DNA of 64,000 nt, taken from the NCBI GenBank assembly GCA_044226625.1, contig JBGAGQ010000003.1:96001-160000 (forward strand), written 5' to 3'. The position numbers and the translations under genes were made by a program. Under the pieces are notes generated by a model. That model was not told the DNA's origin and searched no databases. It saw only the letters and a program-made list of their open reading frames with translations. Shown piece by piece: positions 28,291-40,203 of the stretch (positions are counted from its first letter, which is position 1; each line of letters opens with the position of its first letter). Source of the stretch: Thermoanaerobaculia bacterium. GTDB taxonomy: Bacteria; Acidobacteriota; Thermoanaerobaculia; Multivoradales; UBA5704.

Positions 28291-28935
28291 ATGCGCATTG
28301 GAATTCTGGGGTCGGGGTTGATTGGGGGCGAGCTGGGCAAGCTGTTCGCGCGGGCCGGCCATGAGGTGATCTTCAGCTATTCCCGAGATGGGGCGAAGCT
28401 CGTCTCGCTCGCTCAAGAAGCTGGCGGGACGGCCCGTGCCGGCACGCCGCGCGAGGCGGCGGAGGGCGCGGACGCCCTCTTGCTTGCGGTCCACTGGTCG
28501 CGAATCCCCGACGTTTTGGAGCAAGCGGGAGACTTGTCGGGCAAAACGCTCATCAGCTGCTGCCTCCCCCGGGATGTCGACAACACCCGCCTCCTGATCG
28601 GCCACACATCGTCGGGTGCGGAAGAGCTGGCCAGGATGCTGCCTACCGCCCGGGTCGTCTCTGCGTTCCACACGATCCCCAACCAGGTCCTGGCCGGCGT
28701 CTTCGCCCGCCGACACGAGTCGCCGCGGCCGAGCCTGGTCTATTGCGGCGACGACGCGTGGAGCAAAGAGCTTGTAGCCGGGCTGATTCGATACATCGGA
28801 TTCGACCCTGTCGACGCGGGACCTCTGCCGATCGCTCGCTACACCGAGCCGTTCGCGCTGCTGATGGTGGAATTGGCGTACGGGGAAACGGCCGAACCGG
28901 ACCTCGGGTATCGGTTCGAGCACTTCCCGGGATGA
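28291..28935 (+). CDS. NADPH-dependent F420 reductase-like dinucleotide-binding oxidoreductase
   Basis: MRIGILGSGLIGG, AGHEV, SGAEELA, VVSAF, CGDD, GFDPVDAGPL. Confidence 0.88.
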   Translation: MRIGILGSGLIGGELGKLFARAGHEVIFSYSRDGAKLVSLAQEAGGTARAGTPREAAEGADALLLAVHWSRIPDVLEQAGDLSGKTLISCCLPRDVDNTRLLIGHTSSGAEELARMLPTARVVSAFHTIPNQVLAGVFARRHESPRPSLVYCGDDAWSKELVAGLIRYIGFDPVDAGPLPIARYTEPFALLMVELAYGETAEPDLGYRFEHFPG

Positions 28936-28995
28936 CGGTTTTGAAGGTCGCGAGCTGGACGCCCGGCGAGGTCTGATCGACAGCTGGGGACAGCA

Positions 28996-29027
28996 CAGGC
29001 CAGCCGGCGACATCGCCGGCCGGCCTG
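28996..29027. terminator. Hairpin between convergent oxidoreductase and katG
   Basis: CAGGCCAGCCGGCGA / TCGCCGGCCGGCCTG inverted repeat with one mismatch. Confidence 0.6.
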
Positions 29028-29044
29028 CTATTGAAACAGTCGAA

Positions 29045-31787
<2,743 letters not shown>

Positions 31788-31793
31788 GAGGCA

Positions 31794-31824
31794 AGACTAG
31801 ATCAAAGTTTGGAGTGATTCAAGA
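31794..31824 (-). promoter_or_regulatory. Leaderless fur promoter with overlapping imperfect palindrome (candidate operator)
   Basis: TTGAAT (31817-31822)-N17-TAGTCT (31794-31799), 6 nt before GTG 31787; TTTGGAGT-G-ATTCAAGA dyad at 31808-31824. Confidence 0.7.
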
Positions 31825-31875
31825 TCTGGAGGCGTGCGCTTCCTCCAAAGAGGCTGATGCTCCGAGGCCACCGGT

Positions 31876-32275
31876 GGCCTGAACCCGATCACCCCTGAGC
31901 TGGACACGATCACCAGTGATTTGGACCGGAACACCAGTGATCTGGACCAGAACACCACTGATCCGGACCAGAACACCAGTGATCTGGACCGGCACACCAG
32001 TGGTCCGGACCAGAACACCACTGATCCGGATCAGAACACCAGTGATCTGGACCAGAACACCACTGATCCGGACCAGAACACCATCGATCCGGACCGGAAC
32101 ACCAGTGATCCGGATCAGAACACCAATGATCTGGACCAGAACACCGGTGATCTGGACCGGAACACAAGGGGTCTGGACCGGATCACTGGTCATCTGGACC
32201 ACACCACCAGTGATCTTGATCCGATCCCCCACGGACCTGGACCGGATCTCCCGTGAGCTCGACCACAACACCGGT
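31876..32275. repeat. Tandem array of 19 imperfect 21-bp units, consensus GATCTGGACCAGAACACCAGT
   Basis: Units parsed by hand every 21 bp from 31876, with one extra G near 32233; no spacers. Confidence 0.95.
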
Positions 32276-32418
32276 GAGCTAGGCTAGGCCAGCCGCCTCC
32301 GCTTTCTGGGACGCGAACCTGAAGCACGCTCCCCGAGCGAAGCGCTGACTGGCGGAGGGCGGCTTCGCCCGGGTGCTCGGCGGGAACGGGCGGCTGGAGC
32401 AGCGCCGGTGATCTCGGT

Positions 32419-32616
32419 GCCCCCCTCCTAACCTCCCTCCGCAAGAAGGAGAGGGACGTTTGGCGGCTGGCGGTGGAACGACGGAACGGAAGAGCGTTTC
32501 CTCTCCCCGGCAAGAGGGGCGAGGGACGTTCGGGCGGCTGACTGCGCCTGCAATCGGAAAGCCGGAAGGGACGAGCGCCTCCTCCCCCGCTTGCGGGGGA
32601 GGACCGAGGTGGGGGC
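32419..32616. repeat. Cluster of REP-like palindromic elements (inverted pair plus a partial copy)
   Basis: 32578-32616 CCTCCTCCCCCGCTTGCGGGGGAGGACCGAGGTGGGGGC; related reverse-orientation copy at 32419-32457; partial copy at 32500-32527. Confidence 0.65.
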
Positions 32617-32689
32617 GCCGCGGTCGCGATCTTCCCCCGCCCGGCTGGGTTACACTGTCGCGACTTTTTCAAGCCAAAGAGGAGGACGG

Positions 32690-34690
32690 ATGGACGCTCC
32701 CGAATCGAAGTCCCTTCCGGAGAACGCCTATCAACCGCTCGCCCCGGGCGAGACCTACGCGCCGATGGTTCCGGCGAGCGCGGAGGTGCCGGAGGCGACG
32801 CTCCGCTCGGTCGGTTGGGGTCTCGCGCTCTGCATCCTCTTCACGATCGCCTCGGCCTACTCGGGGCTCAAGGTCGGCCAGGTCATGGAGGCCTCGATCC
32901 CCATCTCGATCCTGGCGATCGGCCTCGCGCGGGTCTACAAGCGGCGCTCGACCCTGCTCGAAAACGTCATCCTCTCGGGGATCGGCGGCACCTCCGGCGC
33001 GATGGTGGCCGGGGCCATCTTCACCCTCCCCGCGCTCTACATCCTGAATCTCGACCCCCATCCGGTGCAGACCACGTTCATCTGCCTCGCAGGAGGTGTC
33101 CTCGGCGTCCTGTTCCTGATCCCGCTCCGGCGGTATTTCGTGCGCGAGATGCACGGCAAGTTCCCTTACCCCGAGGCGACCGCGATCACCGAGGTCCTCG
33201 TGACCGGCGAAAAGGGGGGATCGCAGGCCGCCCTCCTCCTCCAGGCGACGGGGATCGCCGCGGTCTACGACTTCTTCATCACCACGTTCCAGATCTGGAA
33301 GGAGACGCTCGACTTCCAATTCGTCGGCATCGTCAAAACAGTCGGCGACAAAGCCCGGGCGGTCCTGCGGTTCGACGCGATCGCGTTCATCCTCGGCCTC
33401 GGCTACGTGATGGGGCTTCGCTCCTCGATGATCCTCTGCGCCGGGGGCGTGCTCTCGAACCTGGTCCTCGTGCCGCTGATCTGGATGGTCGGCCGCCACT
33501 TCCCCGACGTCGTCTATCCCGGCACCAAGGCGATCGCCGAGATGTCGGCGGGCGAGATCTTCCGTAGCTACGTCCGATTCGTCGGCGTCGGCGCGATCGC
33601 GACCGCAGGGATCATTGGCATCATCAAGTCGCTGCCGATCGTCATCGGCTCGTTCTCGATCGCGGCCAAGGCGTTCCGGAAAGGCGAGGACGCGAGCCAG
33701 GAGCGGACCGACCGCGACATCTCGGTCGGCATCATGCTCGCGGGCGTCGTGGTCTCGGCGCTGGCCGCCGGGATCTTCTTCCAGTCGCTCGGCGCTTCGT
33801 TGATCGTGGTCCTCGTCGGCCTCGGCCTGACCCTCCTCTTCTCGTTCTTCTTCGCCTCGGTCGCCGCCAATGCGATCGCGACCACGGCGCGCAACCCGGT
33901 CTCCGGCATGACGATGCTCACCATCATCGTCTCCTCGGTCGTGCTGCTCCGCTTCGGCCTCTCGGGCACCACCGGCATGTTCTTCGTGATGGCGATCGCG
34001 GGCGTCGTCTGTACCGCCCTCTCCGTCTCCGGCCAGACGATCACCGACCTGAAGACCGGCTACTGGCTCGGCTCGACCCCGGCCACGCAGCAGAAGGTGA
34101 AGTTCCTCGGCGTCTTCGTCTCGGCGATCGCGGTCGCCGCGACCATCATGCTGCTCGCCAAGGCGTTTCAGTTCGGCGAGGCGGTCCCGGGCGATCCGCG
34201 GCAGATGCTTCCCTCGCCTCAGGCCTCGATCATGAAGGCCCTGGTCGAAGGGTTCATGAGCCACCAGCCGGTCGCCTACATCCTGTTCGGCGCGGGCGCC
34301 ATGATCGCGATCGTGATGGAGATGCTCGGCGTGCCGGCGCTCACCTTCGCGCTCGGCATGTACCTGCCGCTCGAGCTAAACTCCCCCGCCCTCGTCGGCG
34401 GCTTCCTCGCCCACTTCATCGAGAGGCGCTCGCAGCGCGTCGGGGGCGAGAGGGGCCGGTCGATGCGCGAGCGGGGGGTGATCATCGCCTCCGGTTTGAT
34501 GGCGGGCGGCGCGCTCGGCGGGGTGTTCGGAGCGGCCTTCCGGCTGTTCCCCTGGTATTCGGAAGACAAGCTCCAGACTCCCTTCTACACCAACGAGGCC
34601 GTCTCGCAGACCGTCTCGGCGGTCTTCTTCATCGCGCTCTGCGTCTACGTCTGGGTGAGCGCGGTACGGGAGAAGCGGGCGGCCGGATAG
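32690..34690 (+). CDS. OPT-family oligopeptide/metal-chelate transporter
   Basis: YSGLKVG, ASIP, GAIFTLPAL, YPEATAI, NPVSGM, DLKTGY, GMYLP, ASGLMAG; ATG 32690 behind GGAGGA; TACACT at 32651. Confidence 0.95.
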   Translation: MDAPESKSLPENAYQPLAPGETYAPMVPASAEVPEATLRSVGWGLALCILFTIASAYSGLKVGQVMEASIPISILAIGLARVYKRRSTLLENVILSGIGGTSGAMVAGAIFTLPALYILNLDPHPVQTTFICLAGGVLGVLFLIPLRRYFVREMHGKFPYPEATAITEVLVTGEKGGSQAALLLQATGIAAVYDFFITTFQIWKETLDFQFVGIVKTVGDKARAVLRFDAIAFILGLGYVMGLRSSMILCAGGVLSNLVLVPLIWMVGRHFPDVVYPGTKAIAEMSAGEIFRSYVRFVGVGAIATAGIIGIIKSLPIVIGSFSIAAKAFRKGEDASQERTDRDISVGIMLAGVVVSALAAGIFFQSLGASLIVVLVGLGLTLLFSFFFASVAANAIATTARNPVSGMTMLTIIVSSVVLLRFGLSGTTGMFFVMAIAGVVCTALSVSGQTITDLKTGYWLGSTPATQQKVKFLGVFVSAIAVAATIMLLAKAFQFGEAVPGDPRQMLPSPQASIMKALVEGFMSHQPVAYILFGAGAMIAIVMEMLGVPALTFALGMYLPLELNSPALVGGFLAHFIERRSQRVGGERGRSMRERGVIIASGLMAGGALGGVFGAAFRLFPWYSEDKLQTPFYTNEAVSQTVSAVFFIALCVYVWVSAVREKRAAG

Positions 34691-34700
34691 GCGGAGGCTC

Positions 34701-34744
34701 CGTAGGACCCGCGGCGGCAGCTCCGCGCCGAAGCGGGTCCTACG
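34701..34744. terminator. 12-bp inverted repeat between convergent genes (terminator or GTAG-type REP remnant)
   Basis: CGTAGGACCCGC...GCGGGTCCTACG. Confidence 0.65.
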
Positions 34745-34757
34745 AGATCGATCACGT

Positions 34758-37685
34758 CTACTTGAAGCTGAACCGAACTCCGAGCCGGAGGATGCGCGCT
34801 CCCAGGACCTCCAGGACGTGGTCCGAGGTGTTGCGACCGAGCAGCGCCTGACGTTGCAGGACGGTCGCGCGGTTGAGCGCGTTGAAGCAGTCGAGGCTCC
34901 AGGTCGCCGAAAAGTCGCCGCGCCGAATCTCCTTCTGGATCCTCAAGTCGAGCACGTGGACGTCGGGGTATCGCGTCAGACGGGAGCTCGCCGGCAGATA
35001 GGTGAGACGGCTTTCGTCGAGCTCCGCGCGGGACTGCTGCACGGCGTAGCGGAGCGGATAGCCTTGGTGCCCCGTGGCCGAGGCCGCGAGGTCGAATCCC
35101 CAGAGCCGGCCAGGGGCGATCTGTACCAGCCCGGTCAAGGCGTACGACCAGCGACTGTTCAAGAAGACGTTCCCCTTCGCCCCTCCGGGAAAGTTCGAAC
35201 CGGAGAGCACCTGGCTCCCGTCGACGACGCCTCCCGTGATCGCGTCGGTCGGGTCTTCGTTCTCGGCCTCGGGGATGCGCCATCGCCAGTCCTGCACGCC
35301 GAGGTTCCCGCGCAGCATCCAGCGATGGCCGAGCCGCTTGTCGAAGGTGAGAAACGCGCCCCGGAACTCCTGCTCTCGATCGCCGTTCTCGAGCCGCGCG
35401 CCGCCGCGCGTCGAAACGCCGTCCCGCAGCGTCCAGTAAGGGGTCGTGAAGCTCTGGCCATTCGGCAGCATTCCCGAGACGACCCCTTGGAGGACGTAGT
35501 CGTCTCGCCGATGCGGTCGGCCGCGCCGATTCAGGTTCTCCGGCGAACGGGGATCCGGATCGTCGAACACCAGCAGCTCGCGCTCGAGAAGCTTCGACAG
35601 CCGCCGCCAGGTGACCCGGAGGCCGATCACCAGGTCGGGACGGAGCGCACGCTCGACGCCCAGCAACACCTCGTCGGTGATCGGCGCCTCGAGCTCCGGA
35701 TCGATCTGGTTCGACACCAGCGGTCCGAAGTTGAGGGGGTTGATCCCTCCGGTCGGCGGTCCAGCCGAATCGAGCAGCTCGTCGGGTTCGAACGTCTCCC
35801 CGCCGCCGTTGGTGGTGTAGAAGTAGAGGTACTGCGGGTTCGCGGCCGGACTGACGAAGGCCGCCGTGTCGGTCCCGAGCTGGTCGGCGTACCTCGAATA
35901 CGACGCGCGGACGAGGGTGGTGCGCTCCCTGCCGAGCGCCCAGGTGGCGCCGAGGCGCGGTACGACATTCGACCATTCGAAACCACCATCGCCGCCGGGA
36001 ACGGAGATCGCGGGAAGCAGCTCGGGAAACGCGGGATTCGCGCGCACTTCGATCGGCAGGTTGCGTCCGCCTTGCCGGTCGTAGCGGAGGCCGGCGTTGA
36101 CCGTGAAGCGGCCGAACGTCGCGGTGTCCGAGGCGAAGGCGTCGACGTACCGACCGCGATAGCGCACTTGGGCGTCGCGGGAGATCGCGGCGATCCCGCC
36201 GCAGCACTCCCAGCCGCCGCCCGGCGTCCGGCTGAGCGACGATTCGAGCGCGGTGCGGTAGCCGACGCCGAAACGCAGCTCGTGGGAGACGTCGCGCGTG
36301 TCGAGGTAGGCGCTCGCCGCGCCGCGGACCTGGCGCTGGGCGCGCTCGGCCCGGGTGAGGAAGAAGCTGTTGTGCCAGACCTGATCGTCGTCGAGGAACG
36401 GCACCTTGTCGCCCACGGCCGGGAGCAGCTGAAAGCCGCCGTTCACCCGCGAGGCGAGCACCGAGAGATGGAGACGCGAGCCGATCTGTTGGCCGTCCTC
36501 GACCTTCCAGGCGGTCGGCACGGGACCGAAGCGCGACTGGTTCCAATCGGTTTCCGGCGGCCGTTGCGGGCTCGCGCCGAATCCGTGACGCGACTTGTCG
36601 TCGTGCCAGAAGAAGAGGGTGGCCGAGTTGCCGTCCGCGAGCTTCGCGTCGAGCTTCAAGTTGCCGGCCGGTAGCTCGGTCGACTCGGAGAAATCGGCGA
36701 TCGTCCGACGCTCCACTTTCGGATCGCCGTAAGAGCCCCAGACCCAGAGGCGGTCGCGGACGAGCGGACCGCCCAGCTCGAGTCCGAGGTCGGTCAGGCG
36801 CTCGACCCGGTTGCCAGCGCGAAACGGGGCCTGCGCGTGGTTGCGGTTCCAGGGGCCCGCTTGGCCGAGGTCTTCGTCGTCGAAATCGAGCCCCGAGCGA
36901 AGCGTGGCGCCCGAGTAGTAGGCGCGCCCGCTGCCGCGCCAGACGTCCGTGCCGCGCCGGGTGACCAGATTCACCACCACGCCGCCCGAGGCGATCTCCG
37001 CGTCGTTGCCTCCGGTCGTTACCTGGATCTCCTCGAAGGCGTCGAAATCGAACTGCCCCGGAGAGCTGCCGAGCGCGGCCATGTCCGTGATCACCATGCC
37101 GTCGAGCGACCAGACCGTCTGCTCGCCCGGCGATCCGGGACCGACGAGGCGCGATTGCAGACCGGTCTCCGTGCCGCCGACGTTGATCCGATCGGTGAGC
37201 ACCCCCGGCGTCGTCCGGAGGATCGCCCACGGATCGCGCGAGGTGGGTACCGCGTCGAGCTCGGCGCGAGGCACCGACGTGCCGCTCGAGAACCGCCGCT
37301 CGTCGAGCGCCGGCGCCTCGGCCGTGACGGTCAACGTCTCCTGCTCGACGGGCGAGAGGGTCACGGAGAGATTGACGGTACGTCCGACCCGGATCTGGAG
37401 GTCGGGGACCGAGAACGGCGAGCGCCCGGGGTGAGTTACCTCCAGCCGATAGGCGCCCGGCGCGAGACCGAGAAAGCGGAAACGTCCCTCGGCGTCGGTG
37501 CCACGCGTTTCCGCTCCGCCACCGCCCGAGAGGGTCGCGACCGCACCGGCGAGCGGCGCGCCCGAGGGATCGACCACCGTGCCGTGGAGGTTGCCGTCCT
37601 GAAGTTGGGCGGCGAGCGGCGGGGCCGCCCACAGGGCGGCGGCGAAAGGCAGACAGAGTCCTAGCCGACGAAGTCGGAATCGCAT
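34758..37685 (-). CDS. TonB-dependent receptor with N-terminal carboxypeptidase-regulatory-like domain (Oar-like)
   Basis: Signal peptide, GTVVDPSGAPLAGA, plug FEEIQVTTGG, NAGLRYD, C-terminal RLGVRFSF. Confidence 0.92.
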   Translation of the reverse strand: MRFRLRRLGLCLPFAAALWAAPPLAAQLQDGNLHGTVVDPSGAPLAGAVATLSGGGGAETRGTDAEGRFRFLGLAPGAYRLEVTHPGRSPFSVPDLQIRVGRTVNLSVTLSPVEQETLTVTAEAPALDERRFSSGTSVPRAELDAVPTSRDPWAILRTTPGVLTDRINVGGTETGLQSRLVGPGSPGEQTVWSLDGMVITDMAALGSSPGQFDFDAFEEIQVTTGGNDAEIASGGVVVNLVTRRGTDVWRGSGRAYYSGATLRSGLDFDDEDLGQAGPWNRNHAQAPFRAGNRVERLTDLGLELGGPLVRDRLWVWGSYGDPKVERRTIADFSESTELPAGNLKLDAKLADGNSATLFFWHDDKSRHGFGASPQRPPETDWNQSRFGPVPTAWKVEDGQQIGSRLHLSVLASRVNGGFQLLPAVGDKVPFLDDDQVWHNSFFLTRAERAQRQVRGAASAYLDTRDVSHELRFGVGYRTALESSLSRTPGGGWECCGGIAAISRDAQVRYRGRYVDAFASDTATFGRFTVNAGLRYDRQGGRNLPIEVRANPAFPELLPAISVPGGDGGFEWSNVVPRLGATWALGRERTTLVRASYSRYADQLGTDTAAFVSPAANPQYLYFYTTNGGGETFEPDELLDSAGPPTGGINPLNFGPLVSNQIDPELEAPITDEVLLGVERALRPDLVIGLRVTWRRLSKLLERELLVFDDPDPRSPENLNRRGRPHRRDDYVLQGVVSGMLPNGQSFTTPYWTLRDGVSTRGGARLENGDREQEFRGAFLTFDKRLGHRWMLRGNLGVQDWRWRIPEAENEDPTDAITGGVVDGSQVLSGSNFPGGAKGNVFLNSRWSYALTGLVQIAPGRLWGFDLAASATGHQGYPLRYAVQQSRAELDESRLTYLPASSRLTRYPDVHVLDLRIQKEIRRGDFSATWSLDCFNALNRATVLQRQALLGRNTSDHVLEVLGARILRLGVRFSFK

Positions 37686-37691
37686 CGAACA

Positions 37692-37776
37692 GCCCTCCTG
37701 AGAGGTTGGAAGCTACGTCGGTTCGACGTTAGCCAACCGTTGGAGGGCATGCGATTGCTGTGACGCGAAATCGCAC
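37692..37776 (-). promoter_or_regulatory. Structured leader that sequesters the SD of the TonB receptor gene
   Basis: Nested stems GCCCTCC/GGAGGGC, GGTTGG/CCAACC, ACGTCG/CGACGT, plus upstream GTGCGATT/AATCGCAT. Confidence 0.55.
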
Positions 37777-37832
37777 GAATCTGGGATCGCGGGCCGGTCC
37801 GCGAGGTCGGGGATCGAGGCCGCGTTCGGCTT

Positions 37833-38231
37833 TTAACGTCCGAACGCCTTCCAGATCGCCGCCGCTTTGAGGCCGATCACCGTCAACGCCATCACCGCGA
37901 GCACGCCGAGGTAAAGCAGCGTCAGGCGCGTGTCGCGGAGCAGGCAGCGGCTTCGCAGCAGCCCCGCGCGAAGCGCCTTGCCATAGGCCACGAGGCCGAG
38001 AATGGCGAAGAAGGCGAGCACTACGGGCGGGGAGAAGAGCCAGGCGAGCGCGGCGAGCGTCGCGTAGGTGCAGAGCCGGAACGGATCCTCGACCGCGGGG
38101 GTCGCGGAAGCGACGGGGGCGACGGGAGGTTGCGCCACGCGGAGAGCCTGCTCCTCCCGCGCTTTGCGCGCCGCGGCGAGGGCGGGCGGTTCGTTCTCGT
38201 TCGAGTTTCCCTCGGGATTGTTCGAGCTCAT
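37833..38231 (-). CDS. Small membrane protein (about 3 TM; DPFRLC and RSRCLLRDTRL motifs)
   Basis: ATG 38231 overlaps the radical SAM stop (ATGA); 132 aa. Confidence 0.75.
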   Translation of the reverse strand: MSSNNPEGNSNENEPPALAAARKAREEQALRVAQPPVAPVASATPAVEDPFRLCTYATLAALAWLFSPPVVLAFFAILGLVAYGKALRAGLLRSRCLLRDTRLTLLYLGVLAVMALTVIGLKAAAIWKAFGR

Positions 38232-39796
38232 GGGGCCACTCCCTTCGCCATCGCGCCGACTCGCTCGGCGAGCTTGGTCCGGGCGAGAGGATCCCAGGCC
38301 TGGATCGCGCAGAACGGCACGCATTGGTGCGCCCCTTCCTGATCCGTCGCGCCGACGTGGACGCAGCACTGGATCAGTCGCTCTTCGATCATCGTGTTCA
38401 TGTCCATGAACGGCTTGATCGTGATCCGCTTGATCCGCTCTCCCACCAACCGTCGGAACGCCTCGCCGCGACCGAGGAGCGCCTCGCCGGCGAGCCGGGA
38501 GAGCGTCGAGAGCCCGAGGTCGCACGCGGTACAGACGTCGCGGAAGAGCGCGCCGATCCCCTCCTGCGCGAGCGAGCTCGATTCGGAAAACAGGCCGAGG
38601 AACGCCTGCTTCACGAGCTTCCGGAGCTCGGCCGACAGCTCCGGATCGATGATCCGGTTCGCGACCAGCCCGAGGTGGGAACGGAGCGCGTCCACGCCGA
38701 CGATCGAGGTGAGCGAGCGCCACTCCCCCGAATCGGAGCGCAGCAGATAACCGATGCTGCAGCAGTGCGGATGGCTGCATGGCAGCGCGGTGAGGTCGCG
38801 CCACGAGACCAGCCCGCCGGTCTGCGGCCCCAGGCGCGCGAGCGTGCCGGTGTGGGTGAGGCGGTCGAGCGGGTCGATCGCGGTCGAGCGGCCGCTGCCG
38901 AACTGCGGCTGGATCGAAACGCCGCCGACGAACGGCGTGTCGATCGCCACGCGGAGCACTTCGCCGATCTCGTCGTCATTGATTCCGAGCGTCGCGGTCA
39001 TGGTCAAGGTCGTGAAGACCCCCGCCTTGGACAGTCGCTCGATCGCGCGCGATTTCACCTTCCCCAGGTCGGCGCCCCGATGGTAGCGATGGGTCTCGGC
39101 CCGAAGGCCGTCGAATTGCAGATAGACCTCGATGCGCTGGCGGTGCTTTTCGAGGAACGCGACGAGCGCGTCGTCCTGCGCAATCGCGATGCCGTTGGTG
39201 TTGAGCAGGATCCGGCCGATCGGCCGGGAGGTCAGCCCCGCGAGCAGCCGGAGCAGCTCCGGGTGGAGCGTCGGCTCGCCCCCGGAGAGCATTACGACGT
39301 CGAGCCGGCCTTCCTCGCGCGCCAGCCGGACGTCGACATTCCGCAGCACCTCGTCGACCGGCACCACGCCGCGAAGCTGCGGCGAGCTCGAGGCGAAGCA
39401 GTTCGGGCAACACAGGTTGCAGGAGAGCTCGACGTCTTCGAGGAGGATGCAGGTGTGCTGCGTCTGCAGCTCCGGCAGGCCGCGAAGATAGGCCGCCGGG
39501 ATCGGATCGAAATTGCCCGGCCGGTCGGGGACGTGGCGCTTCGTCGGCGCCGTCCACTCCTCCAGCCAGCGCAGGATCTCGGCCGACTCGTCGTAAAGCG
39601 TTCGGACCAGCCCATGGTCCGGGCAGCCGCGCACCAGGTAGACGCGCCCCCCCTCTTCCTCCGCGAGATACCCCGCGAGCCGCCGGACCTCGGCGAGCGG
39701 CCGGTCGGGGCGCTCGGCGTGGCAGTGCGGGCAGAACGCCGTCACGTACCGGTGCAGGCGGTCGCCTCGAAGGGGCATGCCGGCGGATGCGCTCAA
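38228..39796 (-). CDS. Radical SAM enzyme, Tes/GDGT-MAS (MJ0619)-like architecture
   Basis: CPHC...CPDHG N-terminal metal site, CNLCCPNCFA, SGGEPTLHP, LNTNG, YLQFDG, HPHC, FMD...RLIQCCVH...PFC. Start TTG 39796 (TTGA overlap) or ATG 39778. Confidence 0.88.
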   Translation of the reverse strand: MSASAGMPLRGDRLHRYVTAFCPHCHAERPDRPLAEVRRLAGYLAEEEGGRVYLVRGCPDHGLVRTLYDESAEILRWLEEWTAPTKRHVPDRPGNFDPIPAAYLRGLPELQTQHTCILLEDVELSCNLCCPNCFASSSPQLRGVVPVDEVLRNVDVRLAREEGRLDVVMLSGGEPTLHPELLRLLAGLTSRPIGRILLNTNGIAIAQDDALVAFLEKHRQRIEVYLQFDGLRAETHRYHRGADLGKVKSRAIERLSKAGVFTTLTMTATLGINDDEIGEVLRVAIDTPFVGGVSIQPQFGSGRSTAIDPLDRLTHTGTLARLGPQTGGLVSWRDLTALPCSHPHCCSIGYLLRSDSGEWRSLTSIVGVDALRSHLGLVANRIIDPELSAELRKLVKQAFLGLFSESSSLAQEGIGALFRDVCTACDLGLSTLSRLAGEALLGRGEAFRRLVGERIKRITIKPFMDMNTMIEERLIQCCVHVGATDQEGAHQCVPFCAIQAWDPLARTKLAERVGAMAKGVAP

Positions 39797-40203
39797 TGGA
39801 ACCCCGAGTTCCCCATCGCGAAGATGCATACTCCCGCCGCCACGGCGACCTCGAGGGCGAGGAGCGCCACCGAAAAGAGAGCGCTGAACATCAACAGCCG
39901 GCCGGGGAAGGAGATCTTGCGGGCGATCAGGATCAACCCGAGCACGAACGCGAACGGCACGAGACCCGCGGCGAGGGCGAGGAAGGCGCTCATCGCCTGC
40001 GATTGGTTACGAAAGACGAACACCCCGACGACGATCGTGAGGTGATGCAGGAACGCGAAGAGCAGAGCCCACGGCCAGGCGCGGCGTTCGGGTAGCGCCG
40101 GAAGAATGCCGGGCGGATGCGGGGCCGGCGGGGCAACGACAGCAGGTTGCGGAGGGGCGGGCGGAATCGCCGATCCGTCGGGGGGCACGTCGCCGGTCGT
40201 CAT
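39793..40203 (-). CDS. Small membrane protein (Pro-rich N-terminus, 3 TM, C-terminal AAGVC)
   Basis: ATGA overlap with upstream gene; three hydrophobic stretches; single Cys 10 residues before the C-terminus. Confidence 0.7.
   Translation of the reverse strand: MTTGDVPPDGSAIPPAPPQPAVVAPPAPHPPGILPALPERRAWPWALLFAFLHHLTIVVGVFVFRNQSQAMSAFLALAAGLVPFAFVLGLILIARKISFPGRLLMFSALFSVALLALEVAVAAGVCIFAMGNSGFH

Noticed and set aside
27905-28364. Short ORFs overlapping the tRNA
   Set aside because: They translate the tRNA and its promoter; no coding signal.
31889-32185. TGA codons at Cys positions as selenocysteine
   Set aside because: They correspond to AAC-to-ATC changes in the plus frame; no SECIS-like hairpin or start context identified.
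31876-32275. Repeat array as a CRISPR locus
   Set aside because: Units are contiguous with no unique spacers, 21-bp period, and no cas genes nearby.
37759-37775. CRP-like site TGTGA...TCGCA
   Set aside because: Spacer is 7 rather than 6 nt and the second half-site is imperfect.
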